Of a DNA stretch of 64,000 bases, positions 24,060 to 35,729 are shown in pieces. The number at the start of each line of letters is the position of its first letter. The first letter of the stretch is position 1. Below the pieces are notes generated by a model, which was given only the letters and a program-made list of their open reading frames with translations, was not told the DNA's origin and searched no databases. Origin of the DNA: Octopus vulgaris (Eukaryota); contig OX597814.1 in the NCBI GenBank assembly GCA_951406725.2, positions 122,946,001 through 123,010,000 on the forward strand, in the 5' to 3' direction. The position numbers and the translations under genes were made by a program.

Positions 24060-25500
24060 TATTACTGCTGGCTTGCAGTCTCCTTTTGAGGAAAAGCCTG
24101 GAAGAGGGTACTCCGACGTAAAACTTGCAGTCAACTAAGTATTAATCATCTTGCTTTGCTTGTCACTGGAATCTACTATTTTAACCCAAAGAGTGGCAAA
24201 AGTTTTGTACGAGCGTTTGTCACTGAAATCCAATGAAGTACAGATGCCCCCGACAAAACACCATCATCGTACAATCATCACTTTTCAAAAGTCCTATGGC
24301 AATAGAGGTGTAGCGATGTATGCAGACTTGACCGGTTGGAAGCATACAATTACAAATCCGCACATAAGGCGGCAGGGTTCTTATCTTAACATCGCTAACA
24401 TGTTTTCATGAACATGAACCGCTTCCGGTGGAGAATCCTGTATCTGAGCAGCCCTTTTAAGAACACAGCTCACCTAGATATGCAGGGAAGGTGCTAGAAA
24501 AGTTGCACAAAAAATTGCTATCTTTTCTCTGCTGGTTAATTTACTGTAGCTAAAGATGGTTCAATTTAGCAGGAATGAACAAAGAATTGATATAAACAAT
24601 GATAACAAGTATGCAAGGAAGAAGGTTTCTCTTAACCTGGCCTGTTGGAATGTAAGAATCCCTTTAGATCAAGCAGATAGGCTTAAAGGAAGAACAGCTC
24701 TTGTAACTAAGGGGCTAAGGCGTCTTAATGTTGATATTGCAGCTCTTTCTGAAACAAGATGTTCAGGTAAGGATTATCTTGTCGAAAGAGCAGCAGCTTT
24801 CACATTATTCTGGGTTGGGAAGCCAAAGGGAGAGAAAAGGGAAGGTGGTGTTGGGTTTGTAATCAGAAGTGATTTGGTAAAGGACCTTGAACAACCACAA
24901 AGCATAAACAAACGCATAATGAAACTCCGGATCACCCTTTCTTGTGAACGTTTTGTAACTGTTTTCTCCATTTATGCTCCTACACTTTCAGCTAGTGAGG
25001 AAAATATCCATGCATTTTATGGAGCTTAGAAGTATTCTGTCTGTTCCTTTGAATGAGAAGTTGGTTGTGCTTGGTGACTTTAGTGCACGTGTTGGTAGAG
25101 ACTGTGGTGCTTGGAATGTACTTGGGCGTTACGGAATAGAAAAGATGAGCAACAATGTGTTGCATGTGCTACAAATGTGCTCTGAGCTAGGGTTGGTTGT
25201 TGGGAATACTTTCATAAGTTGAAGCATAGAGTTATCTGGATTCACCCAAGATCAAAGCAAGATCACATGAATGACTTCGTATTAACTCGGAAACCTGACT
25301 TACAAGATTTGTGCAGCCTCAAGCTATTGTGTGGTGTTGATTGCAATATTGATTACAAAATGATTAGGGCTAAGTTCAAGTTCAGGGTTCAGGGCCTGCA
25401 AGAAGATTTGTAGTGCAGGTGTACGAGTACCAAAGAGAATTGATGTAGGGCGGCTAAAACAACCACAAGCTTGCAGTTATTTCAGGAGAGATGCAGCAAT
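24060..25500 (+). mobile_element. RTE-clade LINE 5' part: probable 5' UTR and decayed AP endonuclease
   Basis: LACWNVR, DIAALSETR, GGVGF, IYAPT, VLGDFSARVG, VGNTF and WIHPRSK in shifted frames (24556-25413). The 5' boundary is approximate. Confidence 0.85.
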
Positions 25501-25687
25501 GTTCATTTTGATGGTTGGCAGGATTCTTTTCGGAATGGAGTATATGCCAGGTCCGCTTTTGCATGGTCGGGTCGTCGGCGACTAAACTAGCAAACCCACC
25601 AAGCTTACTCAGTGAGGAGGGTGATTGTTGAACACCCTGCAGGACGAAGAATAAGACCCGCCAAAGTAGTCAACACCCATCCAACAT

Positions 25688-25750
<63 letters not shown>

Positions 25751-25751
<1 letters not shown>

Positions 25752-28135
25752 AGAAATTTAAAAAGGAAAATATGCAAACTTACATGGTTTTAATATAATT
25801 TTTAATATATCGACCGGTTTCGCTATCGCTATTCATGATATTATGTCAAATTTATTGGAATATATATTTTTTCTTAAGAAGAAATTTGGTCCATGTTGTG
25901 TGTGATGAAATTCACGAGCGAATGACTTCACAAGTAGACAAATAAAGGGAGGTAATTGGCTGTTATTATTGTTATTGTTGTGTGTAAAGGAGATAACTGT
26001 TCGGCTTTCGGTAATGGGTGAGGATTAAATATGTGTACAGAAAAGAGACAGGTTTTAAAAAAACCTTGTTTAGTAGGGGATTTATGTCCAGTGATGTAAT
26101 CGTGAATGGAATATGTAAAAATATAAAAGTTGGTTACGCGTGCATATTAAGACGTGTTTTGTATTTTTCAATGAAAAAAAAATTCTTTATTTAACCATTC
26201 TAGTTGAGAGATTGCGTCTTTGCACTGGTAGTAAGGGAAGACTGTGAAATTTGGTTTGATGTTACCTGCACATTTTTCTATGTGTTCAGTGAGAGGAAGT
26301 TGTCTGTATTGCGGGAAACGGATTTGCTCCTTATGCAGAGTGATTCTCTTTCTCAAAGTTAAACTCGTTTGTCTAATGTACTGATGACCGCAACCCGAGC
26401 AGGTTATTGCATAAATTAGTTTATCAGAGGTACAGCTGAAGCTAGTTTTAATTGTGAACCTTTGTCCTTGTTTGAAAAGGAAACCTGAGCCTTCAAGCAG
26501 GTTCGATAGTTCAGGCGTCCACATTTTTCAACCGTTGGTTTCGTGGTTGTTTTGTAAAGCTTTGCATTTGTTAGTAGTCTCTTTAGCGATTTGTCTTGTT
26601 TTTTTGCATTTGATGACTTTGTGTGTTTTCAGGATGTCGTTCATTTTTGGATCTCTAGTTAGTAAAAAGAGAGTTTGCACAATAGTGTTGAATGCCTCAC
26701 TGTTTCTGGGGTTGTGTGTTGATATAAAAGGTAATGTTTTGGTTTGAGGTGTGGTGCTATGTTTTCTTGTTCTTAGTGTTTTTGTGTCTAATTGTTTGGC
26801 ACGTTTAATTCCCTCGTCGATAAGAGAGGGTGGATATTGTCTTTCAATAAGTGTTGTTTTGAGGTCTTGAAGACGAAGGTCCCGAGTTGTTCTATCAGAC
26901 ACTATTGTGCAGATCCTTTTTGCTAAGTTAAAAGGGATGCTTATTTTTATGTGTTTCGGGTGGCATGAGTTAAGAAGAAGATATTGTTTTGAATCAGTTG
27001 GTTTATAATAAATGTCAGTTATGATTTCATTGTTAACTTTTTTTATCATGATGTCTAAAAATGGAAGTTGTTCTTTGTTATATTCCATTGTGAATTGAAT
27101 GTTATTATTTATGCCATTTAGTGTTGTTTTGAAATCCAAAAATTTGTCGATGTCCTCCTTCCAAATGATAAAACAGTCACCCAGGTATCGCTTCCATTTT
27201 GCTCTTATGTAGAGGTAAAATGGGTAACCATATTTCTGAAGTGATATTTCATATAAGGTGAATTCAAAATAACCCATTATTAGGTTCGCAAGGACAGGAG
27301 CTGCTTTCGTCCCCATCGCAACTCCACATTTCTGACGATAGTATGTGTTCTCAAATAGGAAATAATTGTTCTGAAGTATAAATTTTAAGGATTCAATAAT
27401 AAAAATCTGGTTTATGCGTTCCGGGAGGACTTCAGTGTACTTTTCCAACCAGAATTTAATTGCTTTTATTCCATAATCATGGGGGATGTTGATGTAAGGA
27501 TTGATTACATCGAGGGTGACCAATACTGCCTCTTCATTAATCGTTTTTGATAGGTGTTCTAGCATGTCTAAATCATCCCTAATGAAGCTTTTGATGTATT
27601 TCAGCAAGGGTTTCAGTAGGATGTCTAGAAAATTGCTTAGTCAGTGGGTTTCACAGGCCGGCCCAGCTACAATGAGTCTTAAAGTCAAGTCTTCTGGCGT
27701 TTGGATATTTATATATTTGCCTGGTGATTGTTTGCAGGCTTCATTGATTATCTTGCTCTCGTGTATTTTAGGGAGGCCATAAAAAAGACTGGGTTTACAT
27801 TTGAAGTTCGCGATGTAGTCTGTTTCTTTTTCTGTCAGGTCTTTTCCATGTAGAAGAATTAAGGATGCAAGATTTTTCATTGTTTTTTGTTGTTTATAGT
27901 TTATAATTTTTGCGTAGAAGGGCTCGTTTTCTAATATGGAAAGTACTAGTTTTTTATAGTGTTCTGTGTCCATCAGAACTACAGCACTTCCTTTGTCAGC
28001 TTCTTCAATTGTCAGGTCTTTGTCGTTTTTTAGTTCAGTCAGATTTTTCCATTCTAGATTGTTGAGGTTAGGATTAATTTTTCGTTTAATAGATGTGTAG
28101 GGGAAATTTTGGATATGGTTGCAGTAGTCATCCAG

Positions 28136-28140
<5 letters not shown>
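25751..28140 (-). mobile_element. Second Penelope-like family (Neptune-type), 5'-truncated, frameshifted
   Basis: ADKGSAVV, FYGLPKIH, LRLIVAG, YINIP, GVAMGT, RYLGD (catalytic DD mutated), YKPTD and LIYAITCSGCGHQYIRQT. Flanked by (TA)n on both sides. Confidence 0.93.
25807..25841 (-). ncRNA. Minimal type I hammerhead ribozyme, A3-U8 core variant
   Basis: Minus strand AUAUC-AUGAAUA-GC(GAUA)GC-GAAAC-CG-GUC-GAUAU, ~55 nt from the PLE 3' end. Confidence 0.68.
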
Positions 28141-28212
<72 letters not shown>

Positions 28213-28216
<4 letters not shown>

Positions 28217-28420
28217 ATTAATCCAAACATGAACAAAGAGAAAACACAACAGCGCGAGGACGTGGAACAAGTATAGTGTTATTGGACGCTCAGGAAAGGA
28301 AAGAAAGAAGGAGGATTTAACGTTTTGAATGGAGCTCTTCGTCAGAAACATTGAAAAAGGAAAGGTTCAAGGAAGGGAAAAAGGAGAAAGAAAATCGCCA
28401 ACGATACACACGCGGTCACA
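28213..28420 (-). mobile_element. Short non-coding PLE-3'UTR-like piece with degenerate hammerhead (28316-28348)
   Basis: Minus strand ttt-ctgacga-agagctccattc-aaaac-gtta-aa: canonical CUGACGA, GAAA mutated, palindromic AACGTT. Bounded by (TG)n and (CA)n(TA)n. Confidence 0.5.
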
Positions 28421-28435
28421 CACACACACACACAC

Positions 28436-28514
<79 letters not shown>

Positions 28515-29304
28515 CCCTAATAGAACACTTCGAATTTATTTTTCATTAACTTTCTATGACAGTTATCTATTCTCTGTATTATATAAAATGGCTGTTTCGT
28601 TTCTTTGTCCATGCCTGGTCGATTTTTATACCAACTACTCGTGATGTCAACAACTGTTAGATATTGTATGGCTATAAGTCTCCTGAGTTTGATAGCTAAA
28701 TACATTATACGAGCTTGTAAGATGCAATGTAATTTTGGCAAACTTTTCATTGAAAAAGAATTTAAAACCCTGTTTTCCCCTGACATCTGTGGCCCTTCCC
28801 ACTGTCAGGTCATTTTAATGCGATATGCATTGATATCGTTATGAAATTTTATTATTTTCCATAAAAGAAAAACACAACTGTTCGTTACTAACTAAATTAC
28901 TCGGGTTAAATGTATCAATTATGTTCAAAAATAATTGTGAACTTAAACTGGTTTCATAAAAGAACTATAACTGATTTAATCATTCACTTACGAAAGTGGT
29001 ATTTCGCACACAATAAAAGATTGTTACTTGAATATATTATAGAATTTTCTCTTCAAAACTATTCTATTTACATAAAAATACTCATAAAATCTAAAATACA
29101 GAGGTTTAAAATTAGTTATTAAGCCACAGTTATGCTTTTATGTAGCTTTTTTACGATGAAGCTTACTAAATAGGCATCGATAAATTTAGGATGGTGGTTT
29201 GGTAGTAATGTTTGATCGTGGGATAAAAATTCTTTACGGTATTTGTCCGAGCGCTTATGTTCTGAGTTCGAATATCGCCAGAACATCGCAGCGTTACTCA
29301 AACA

Positions 29305-29464
29305 GAGAGAAGGTTGTGGCGAAAGAGTACAGCCAGCCAGAGCCTCGTGGAGCTTTTAGGTGTTTTCGCTCAATAAACACACACAACGCCCGGTCTGGGA
29401 ATCGAAACCGCGATCCTACGCCCGCAAGTCCGCTGCCCTAACCACTGGGCCATTGCGCCTCCAC
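29305..29464 (-). mobile_element. SINE family C, 5' half
   Basis: gtggaggcgcaatggcccagtggttagggc..ggtttcgattcc, homologous to 16057-16219. Confidence 0.8.
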
Positions 29465-30544
29465 ATGAACCTATATTAGAAACAAATATATCTGTGACAA
29501 AAAATGTTCCATCTTCGTTTAAGTTGTTCTCTCCTTCCCTGTTTTGGGTTCTTTTTTTTTTTCGATTTACAAAGTTATTCGTTGCTATCATTGTGGTAGG
29601 AAACACTTGAATTGGAGTAAGCAACAATAAACAGACAATTGATTTGAGTTATGAAAATGGTTGAATGGATCGGGGTAATTTTAGAAATAGTTTTGAAAAG
29701 TTTTCACCGCGTTCTCTTTCTGGAAATCACCGCTTTCAATCCCGCTGTCCCATGTTGTTTATTTATCCGGAATTTGAAACAATCGATTTAAAGTCGATCA
29801 CATATCATCACTTGTACCTCAGAAGCTATTTATTAATTGTCTTCTTCATGATCCGTTGAGTTAATGATCATCTGAAGCTGTTTTCACATTGAGTAGAAAC
29901 TCTTTTATGATACTACGTAGATCTAATTGCGTAAGCATCGGAGATGTTGCTGTCTGGAATGTGATTGAAGGGCAACAGTAGACTTAGTGTTTGTGATTTG
30001 TCGATTCCAATAAATTTATATAATAACAGTGTTACACAAAGAACTTCCAAGAGGGTGGCATCTAATGTAGATACACAACAGCAGTTAAGGTCGCGGATTG
30101 ACAGTATTTTTAGAGCGTCGGGTATAATGCCTCGCCATTTTTGTTTTAACTCTGTACTTCGAGTTCAAATTGTACAAAACTTTACTTTGCCTGTGATCCT
30201 TTTGATATTTATAAAAGAAAAGGATGGGGCCAAACCAGAACGGCGCATTGTCAGGATTATTAGATGGTCGGAAAAAACTTTTTCTATTACCTGTCACGGT
30301 TGATTGAATCTTGATAGCAAAGCCTAAGAAGACACCGATGTCAGGCAGTATCTGATCAAATCGGCGGTCTTTTCGAAGGCATGGAGAGGTAAAACTTGAA
30401 AACATGAACAACTCATAGTATTCCGAATGGAAAAATTGACCGCGCCTGCACATACGTTTACAGATGCGTGATCAACACTGTCCTGCGGAGGTCCTACGGT
30501 AGTAGTTACAAAAAGTGCTGTTATTATTGTTATTTAACTGTTCC

Positions 30545-30745
30545 GGGAGACGAGCTAGCAAAATCATTAGCGCTCTGGACAAAATGTTTTTCAGCATTTC
30601 TTCCGGCTATTTAAGTTACGAATTCAAACCTCACCGAAGTCAGTTTTGCCTTCATTGTTTCTAAGTCGATAAAATAAAGTACCAGTCAAATAGTGGGGTC
30701 GATGTAATCGACTCGTCCCTCTCCAGAAAATTGCTGGTCTTGTGA
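30545..30745 (+). mobile_element. SINE family A, diverged
   Basis: gagctagcaaaatcattagc..ttttgccttcat..gtcgataaaataaagtaccag. Confidence 0.7.
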
Positions 30746-31153
30746 GAGATTTTTTATTATTTAACTCCAATTTGTTACTGACCAAGTAAACCCACCACCA
30801 AAAGGGTTCCACCTGCTACGATTTCCAATATCTACGACTACGTTTTCAAATGTGCCTCTTCCATATATCTCTTTAGACGACATGGCGTGAGTTGGGGGAG
30901 ATCTGTCTGCTATTTCTAACATGTCGATTCAATAACACCGTTTGCAAATTCTATGCTTGGAATGACCAATTTTAAATACTATCCGAACTTACTCACAAGG
31001 TACAGGAATCTTATATGTATACCATTCTGCCTAAATAATGGAACTGCAGATACAATATCCCTGCATATCTCACGTCTATTTTCATTCCTCCACTTCACAC
31101 TCTATTTCATATCTTATCTAGAATAACTATTGCTTAACCATTTTCTCACACCA

Positions 31154-31199
31154 TCTCCGATGAAGGGATTTATAAAATATCACGGAAACATCTGTAAGA
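31154..31199 (+). ncRNA. Degenerate hammerhead motif in a PLE-3'UTR-like segment
   Basis: tct-ccgatga-agggat(ttataaaat)atcacg-gaaac-atct-gta-aga: core has U4C and stem II is imperfect. Followed by a T-rich tail and TA run at ~31265. Confidence 0.45.
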
Positions 31200-31765
31200 C
31201 CTCTTTATAAATGTTTTGAAATCTTTTACAGCCTTGGATTTTTATCTCATTCTGTTAATTTTTTATATATACGCATGCTGATATATGACCTACGTTGGAC
31301 TCCGAACCTGGAGCTTAACTATAGTCTATCCATAGCATTTACTCAGCATTACCTGACACCTTTGGGTCTTTTTGACACCATTACATCTCAACAGCCCTCA
31401 TCGTTTGTTTTTACTGTTTTATTCTCATTGTTCTGCCTTTTACTGTTTTTACTGTCTTGTATTCTTTTTACTGTCTTGTATTGTTCTTACTGTCCTGTTC
31501 TTGTTACCACTTTTACCCTTCGTAACACGGAGTAGATGAAGCAGAGACAACTGAAGAAGGGGAATATTCCTTGTGTTGTATGTCTTGTACTCTGTTTTTT
31601 TCGCTGTTTGAAAAAAAGTTCGTTTCTATGTTTTTGTTCTTTGTTTTCGTTTCTCATTATGTTCAACGTTTTTTTATGTCCTGTACCCATATATGCATGT
31701 ATATTTACATATATGTGCAGGTATGTACATATATGTATGTATATATGCATATAGTTATATATTAT

Positions 31766-33014
31766 TTGTATGACGGTATGCAGGGAACAGTGCAGTTTGA
31801 CGGATCGCCCTCGGAGTCATTCCCCATCCAGAGTGGAGTGAAACAGGGTTGCGTTCTGGCGCCGACGCTCTTCGGAATCTTCTTCTCCCTTGTCCTGTCC
31901 TATGCCTCCAGAACGTCCGACGACGGAGTGTTCCTCCACACCAGGGCTGATGGTGGATTGTTCAATCTTGCGCGCCTCAGAGCTAAGACCAAAGTCCGTC
32001 AGGTGCTGATCAGAGAGATCCTCTTTGCTGACGATGCCGCCCTAACATCACACAACCAACCGGGTCTCCAGAGGCTGGTCAGCTCCCTGGCGGATGCCTG
32101 CCAAGAGTTCGGCCTTACCATCAGCCTGAAAAAGACAGAGATCATGGGCCAGGACGTCGGAGGGATCCCCAGCATCAGTGTCGGCGACCACAGCTTGCAG
32201 GTGGTGAACGATTTCACTTACCTGGGATCGACGGTCTCCAGCAGCCTGTCCCTCGAGCCGGAGCTGAACAGACGGATTGGGAAGGCTGCTGCTGCCATGG
32301 CTAAGCTCTCCAGGAGAGTGTGGGAAAACAACATGCTCACAATAACCACCAAGATCGCAGTGTACCGAGCCTGCGTGCTGAGCACCCTACTCTACGGCAG
32401 CGAGAGCTGGACAACATACACCCGGCAGGAATGCCGCCTCAGCGGCTTCCACATGCGGTGTCTTCGACGGATCCTTGGCATCTCCTGGAAGGACCGAGTA
32501 CCAAACGGAGTCATCCTGGAACAGACTAATATGCCAAGCATGTATGCCCTCCTCGTGCGGAGACGACTGCGCTGGCTCGGACACGTCTGCCGCATGCAGG
32601 ACGGTCGCATGCCTAAAGACATCCTGTACAGCGAACTCACCACGGGATCCCGACCCAAGGGACGTCCACAGCTACGATACAGGGACGTGTGCAAGCGCGA
32701 CCTGAGGACTGCCAACATCTGTGTGGACACGTGGGAGGAAACAGCTGCTGACCGCTCTGCCTGGCGTCGGACGGTGAGGAAAGGCGTTTCCATGGCTGAG
32801 GAGAGGAGAGCACAGCTGTGGTTGGACAGGCGGGACAGGAGGAGGACAACTGCAGCAACACCCCACACGTACCCATCGAAGTTCGTGTGCAGCAAATGTA
32901 CCAAGGACTGCCACTCTAGAATTGGACTGTTCAGTCACAGCAGACGCTGCACATCATCAAAGTAGGCCCCACCCTTGGCGCAACCCATTGTCTATCAAGA
33001 CAGAAGGGGAAAGA
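31766..33014 (+). mobile_element. RTE-clade LINE, 5'-truncated, uninterrupted RT plus C-terminal zinc finger, GC-rich
   Basis: GVKQGCVLAPTLF, LFADD, FTYLGS, LLYGSESW, RLRWLGHV and CSKC..HSRIGLFSHSRRC*. Short 3' UTR with stem-loop tgtctatcaagaca, then (TA)n. The first ~65 aa of the ORF track are flank. Confidence 0.95.
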
Positions 33015-33036
33015 TATATATATATATATATATATA

Positions 33037-33044
33037 TCATCTTC

Positions 33045-33075
<31 letters not shown>

Positions 33076-33640
33076 CTCCCCTCTTCTTCCCAACTTTATC
33101 ACCAATGCTTTTTAGTATAACACCTACGCAAATTCTATAAACAAACCTTTCAATAGAAATATTTTCATGAATTGAACAGCAGGAACTGCTAGCAACCACT
33201 GACCAACGACAATCAAGGCAATCCCAAATTCTTCCTCCTCTTCTCCCCTTCCTTCCCATTCTTCTTCTTCTTCTTCTTCTTCTTCTTCTTCTTCTTCTTC
33301 TTCTTCTTCTTCTTCTTCTTCTTCTTCTTCTTCTTCTTCTTCTTCTTCTTCTTTTTTTTCTTCTTCCCTACCAAGAATTCACATGGACCTTGAACCCACA
33401 AGAGTAAACAAGAGAGACAGAGAAAGGCAGAAACAAGGAAAATGCCACTTATATTTGAACACTATACAAATATTCTTTTAAAAAAACTTTTCTTTTAATT
33501 TTTCTAAATTTAATTATTTAATAGTTACAGTTGAAAAGGTCTCAAATGACCGAAACAGGTACTGAAATGTTCCTTATAAAATAATTTTAGCATTTTCTAT
33601 CTTGACTTGTTTTTTCATATATATCAACTCGTGTGTCCCT

Positions 33641-33646
<6 letters not shown>
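33037..33646 (+). mobile_element. Solo 3' UTR of the first PLE family (diverged copy)
   Basis: Colinear with 22600-23130 (tagtataacacctacgc, aatgccactt, ttttcatatatatcaactcgtgtg). Lies between two (TA)n tracts. Confidence 0.9.
33528..33564 (+). ncRNA. Hammerhead motif (U3-A8 variant), third copy
   Basis: cag ttgaaaa ggtc tcaaat gacc gaaac ag gta ctg. Core and stems are conserved; differences from the 23011 copy fall only in loops. Confidence 0.7.
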
Positions 33647-33684
<38 letters not shown>

Positions 33685-34779
33685 GTGTGTGTGCACGCGC
33701 GAGTATGTATGTGCATGTATGTAAGTATATATGTATTATATATCTTTTACTTGTTTCAGTCGTTGAAATACGACCATGCTGGAGTACCGCTTTGAAGGGT
33801 TTAGTCGAACACATCAAATTCGAATATTCATTTTTAAAAGCCAGATACTTATTCTATCGTTTTCTTTTTGCCGAACTGCAAGGTATATATGCACACACAC
33901 ACACACACACATGATGCTCCTGTTACTAAAGCAGTGAATTCCAATCTCACCACCTCACTTCATGTTAATATCTTTCAGCCAGAGAGAATGATTGATGCTT
34001 TTAAAGCTTTTAACTATTCCATACCAATCTTGGCTATCAATCGACGTCACGTACAGATCGATTTGGCTGTGGTATAACAACAAACTAACATTAGCCAGTT
34101 GCAAAGGGATGAAATTCTACCATTTGAGAATAACTAAAGCAACCAACGAAATGATATGCACGGAGAAATAACCAAGTTTTATTTCTTTGTAGAATATTCT
34201 TGCCTCAAGGAGAATTTAGCTAAAGAAACCTCAAAAGTTTATAAGAAATTATTTTTAAAATTCGTCAAAATCTTTAGAGGCAGGATTTTATTTTCATAAA
34301 TCAAAACAACACGGAATATCTTTTAATCATTTTAATTTTTTTCGTAATATCGCCGTCAGCTAAAGACGCCCCGGAGTCGTAGAGTAAATGGCAAGAATTA
34401 TAAACTGTATTTGAATTTTGTGAAAGAAATCTTAATGAAATTTAATATGATGAAAATTTCCTGGTCTGTTTTATGGAATTTTTAAATAAATATTATAATG
34501 ATTTCTATAAATATTATTGTTGTTTTTGAGGAAATTCAAATTGAAAACATTTTATTTAAGTTTACGCAAATTTATTAAATATTTGAGGTATTTGTGATTA
34601 AGTTCAAAAGTATTTTCTAAACTGAGATGAGGTGGTTTTTGATATGCATGATTTCTTCCCAGGAGAAATAGTCATGCAAATTAATTTGATTTTAAATAAG
34701 AATCCAAACTGCGTTGTGTACTTCACAAGTTACAGAGTCACGTGTCTTGCAACAGATGTTGAAATATTTTCATTACTAA

Positions 34780-35209
34780 GGCGGCGAGCTGGCAGAAACG
34801 TTAGCACGCCGGGCGAAATGCTTAGCTGTATTTCGTCTGTCGTTACGTTCTGAGTTCAAATTCTGCCGACTTTGCCTTTCATCCTTTCGGGGTCTATTAA
34901 ATAAATACCAGTTACGCACTGGGGTCGATATAATCGACTTAATCCTTTTCTCTGTCCTTGTTTGTCCCCCCTATGTTTAACCCCTTGTAGGTTGTAGAGA
35001 AATAAGAAATAGGAAAACTTAGCACGCCGGGCGAAATGCTTAGCAGTTTTTCGTCTGTCTTTACATTCTGAGTTCAAATTCTGCCGAGGTCGACTTTACC
35101 TTTCATCTTTTAGGGGTCGATAAATTAAGTACCAGTTAGCTACTGGGTCAATCTAATCGAGTGGCCCCCTCCTCCAAAATTTCGGGCCTTCTGCCTAGAG
35201 TAGAAAAGA
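34780..35209 (+). mobile_element. SINE family A dimer
   Basis: Two consecutive units; the last has the ccaaaatttcgggcctt tail variant. Confidence 0.88.
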
Positions 35210-35294
35210 ATATTTTCATTATATATATATAAAGACTTTCCCTTATTCTGATATCTTTGTTGCTATTTCAAATCAAACATTTTCGTCACTCTTT

Positions 35295-35505
35295 TATTAT
35301 TTTAGTTGTTTCAGTCATTTATCTGCGGCCATGCTGGAGCATCGCCTTTAGTCGATCAAATCGACACCAGGACTTATTCTTTGTAAGCCTAGTACTTATT
35401 ATATCGGTCTCTTTTACCGAACGGTCAAGTTACGGGGCCGTAAACACACCAGCATCGGTCGTCAAGCGATGTTGGGGGTGGACAAACACATAAATATATA
35501 CACGC

Positions 35506-35554
<49 letters not shown>

Positions 35555-35716
35555 ACGGGCTTCTTTCAGTTTCTGTCTAAAAAATCCACCTGCAAGGCTT
35601 TGGTCGGCCCGAGGCTATAGTAGAAGACACTTGCCCAAGGTACCACGCAGGGGGAATGAACCCGGAACCATGTGGTTGGTAAGCAAGCTACTTACCACAC
35701 AGCCACTCCTGCGCCT
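35295..35716 (-). mobile_element. SINE family B, full length
   Basis: Reverse complement of family B. Confidence 0.9.
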
Positions 35717-35729
35717 TTTATTGAAGTTT

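Noticed and set aside
31571-31765. N-terminal 65 aa of the 464 aa ORF
   Set aside because: Low-complexity flank read in frame by chance; RTE homology starts near 31766.
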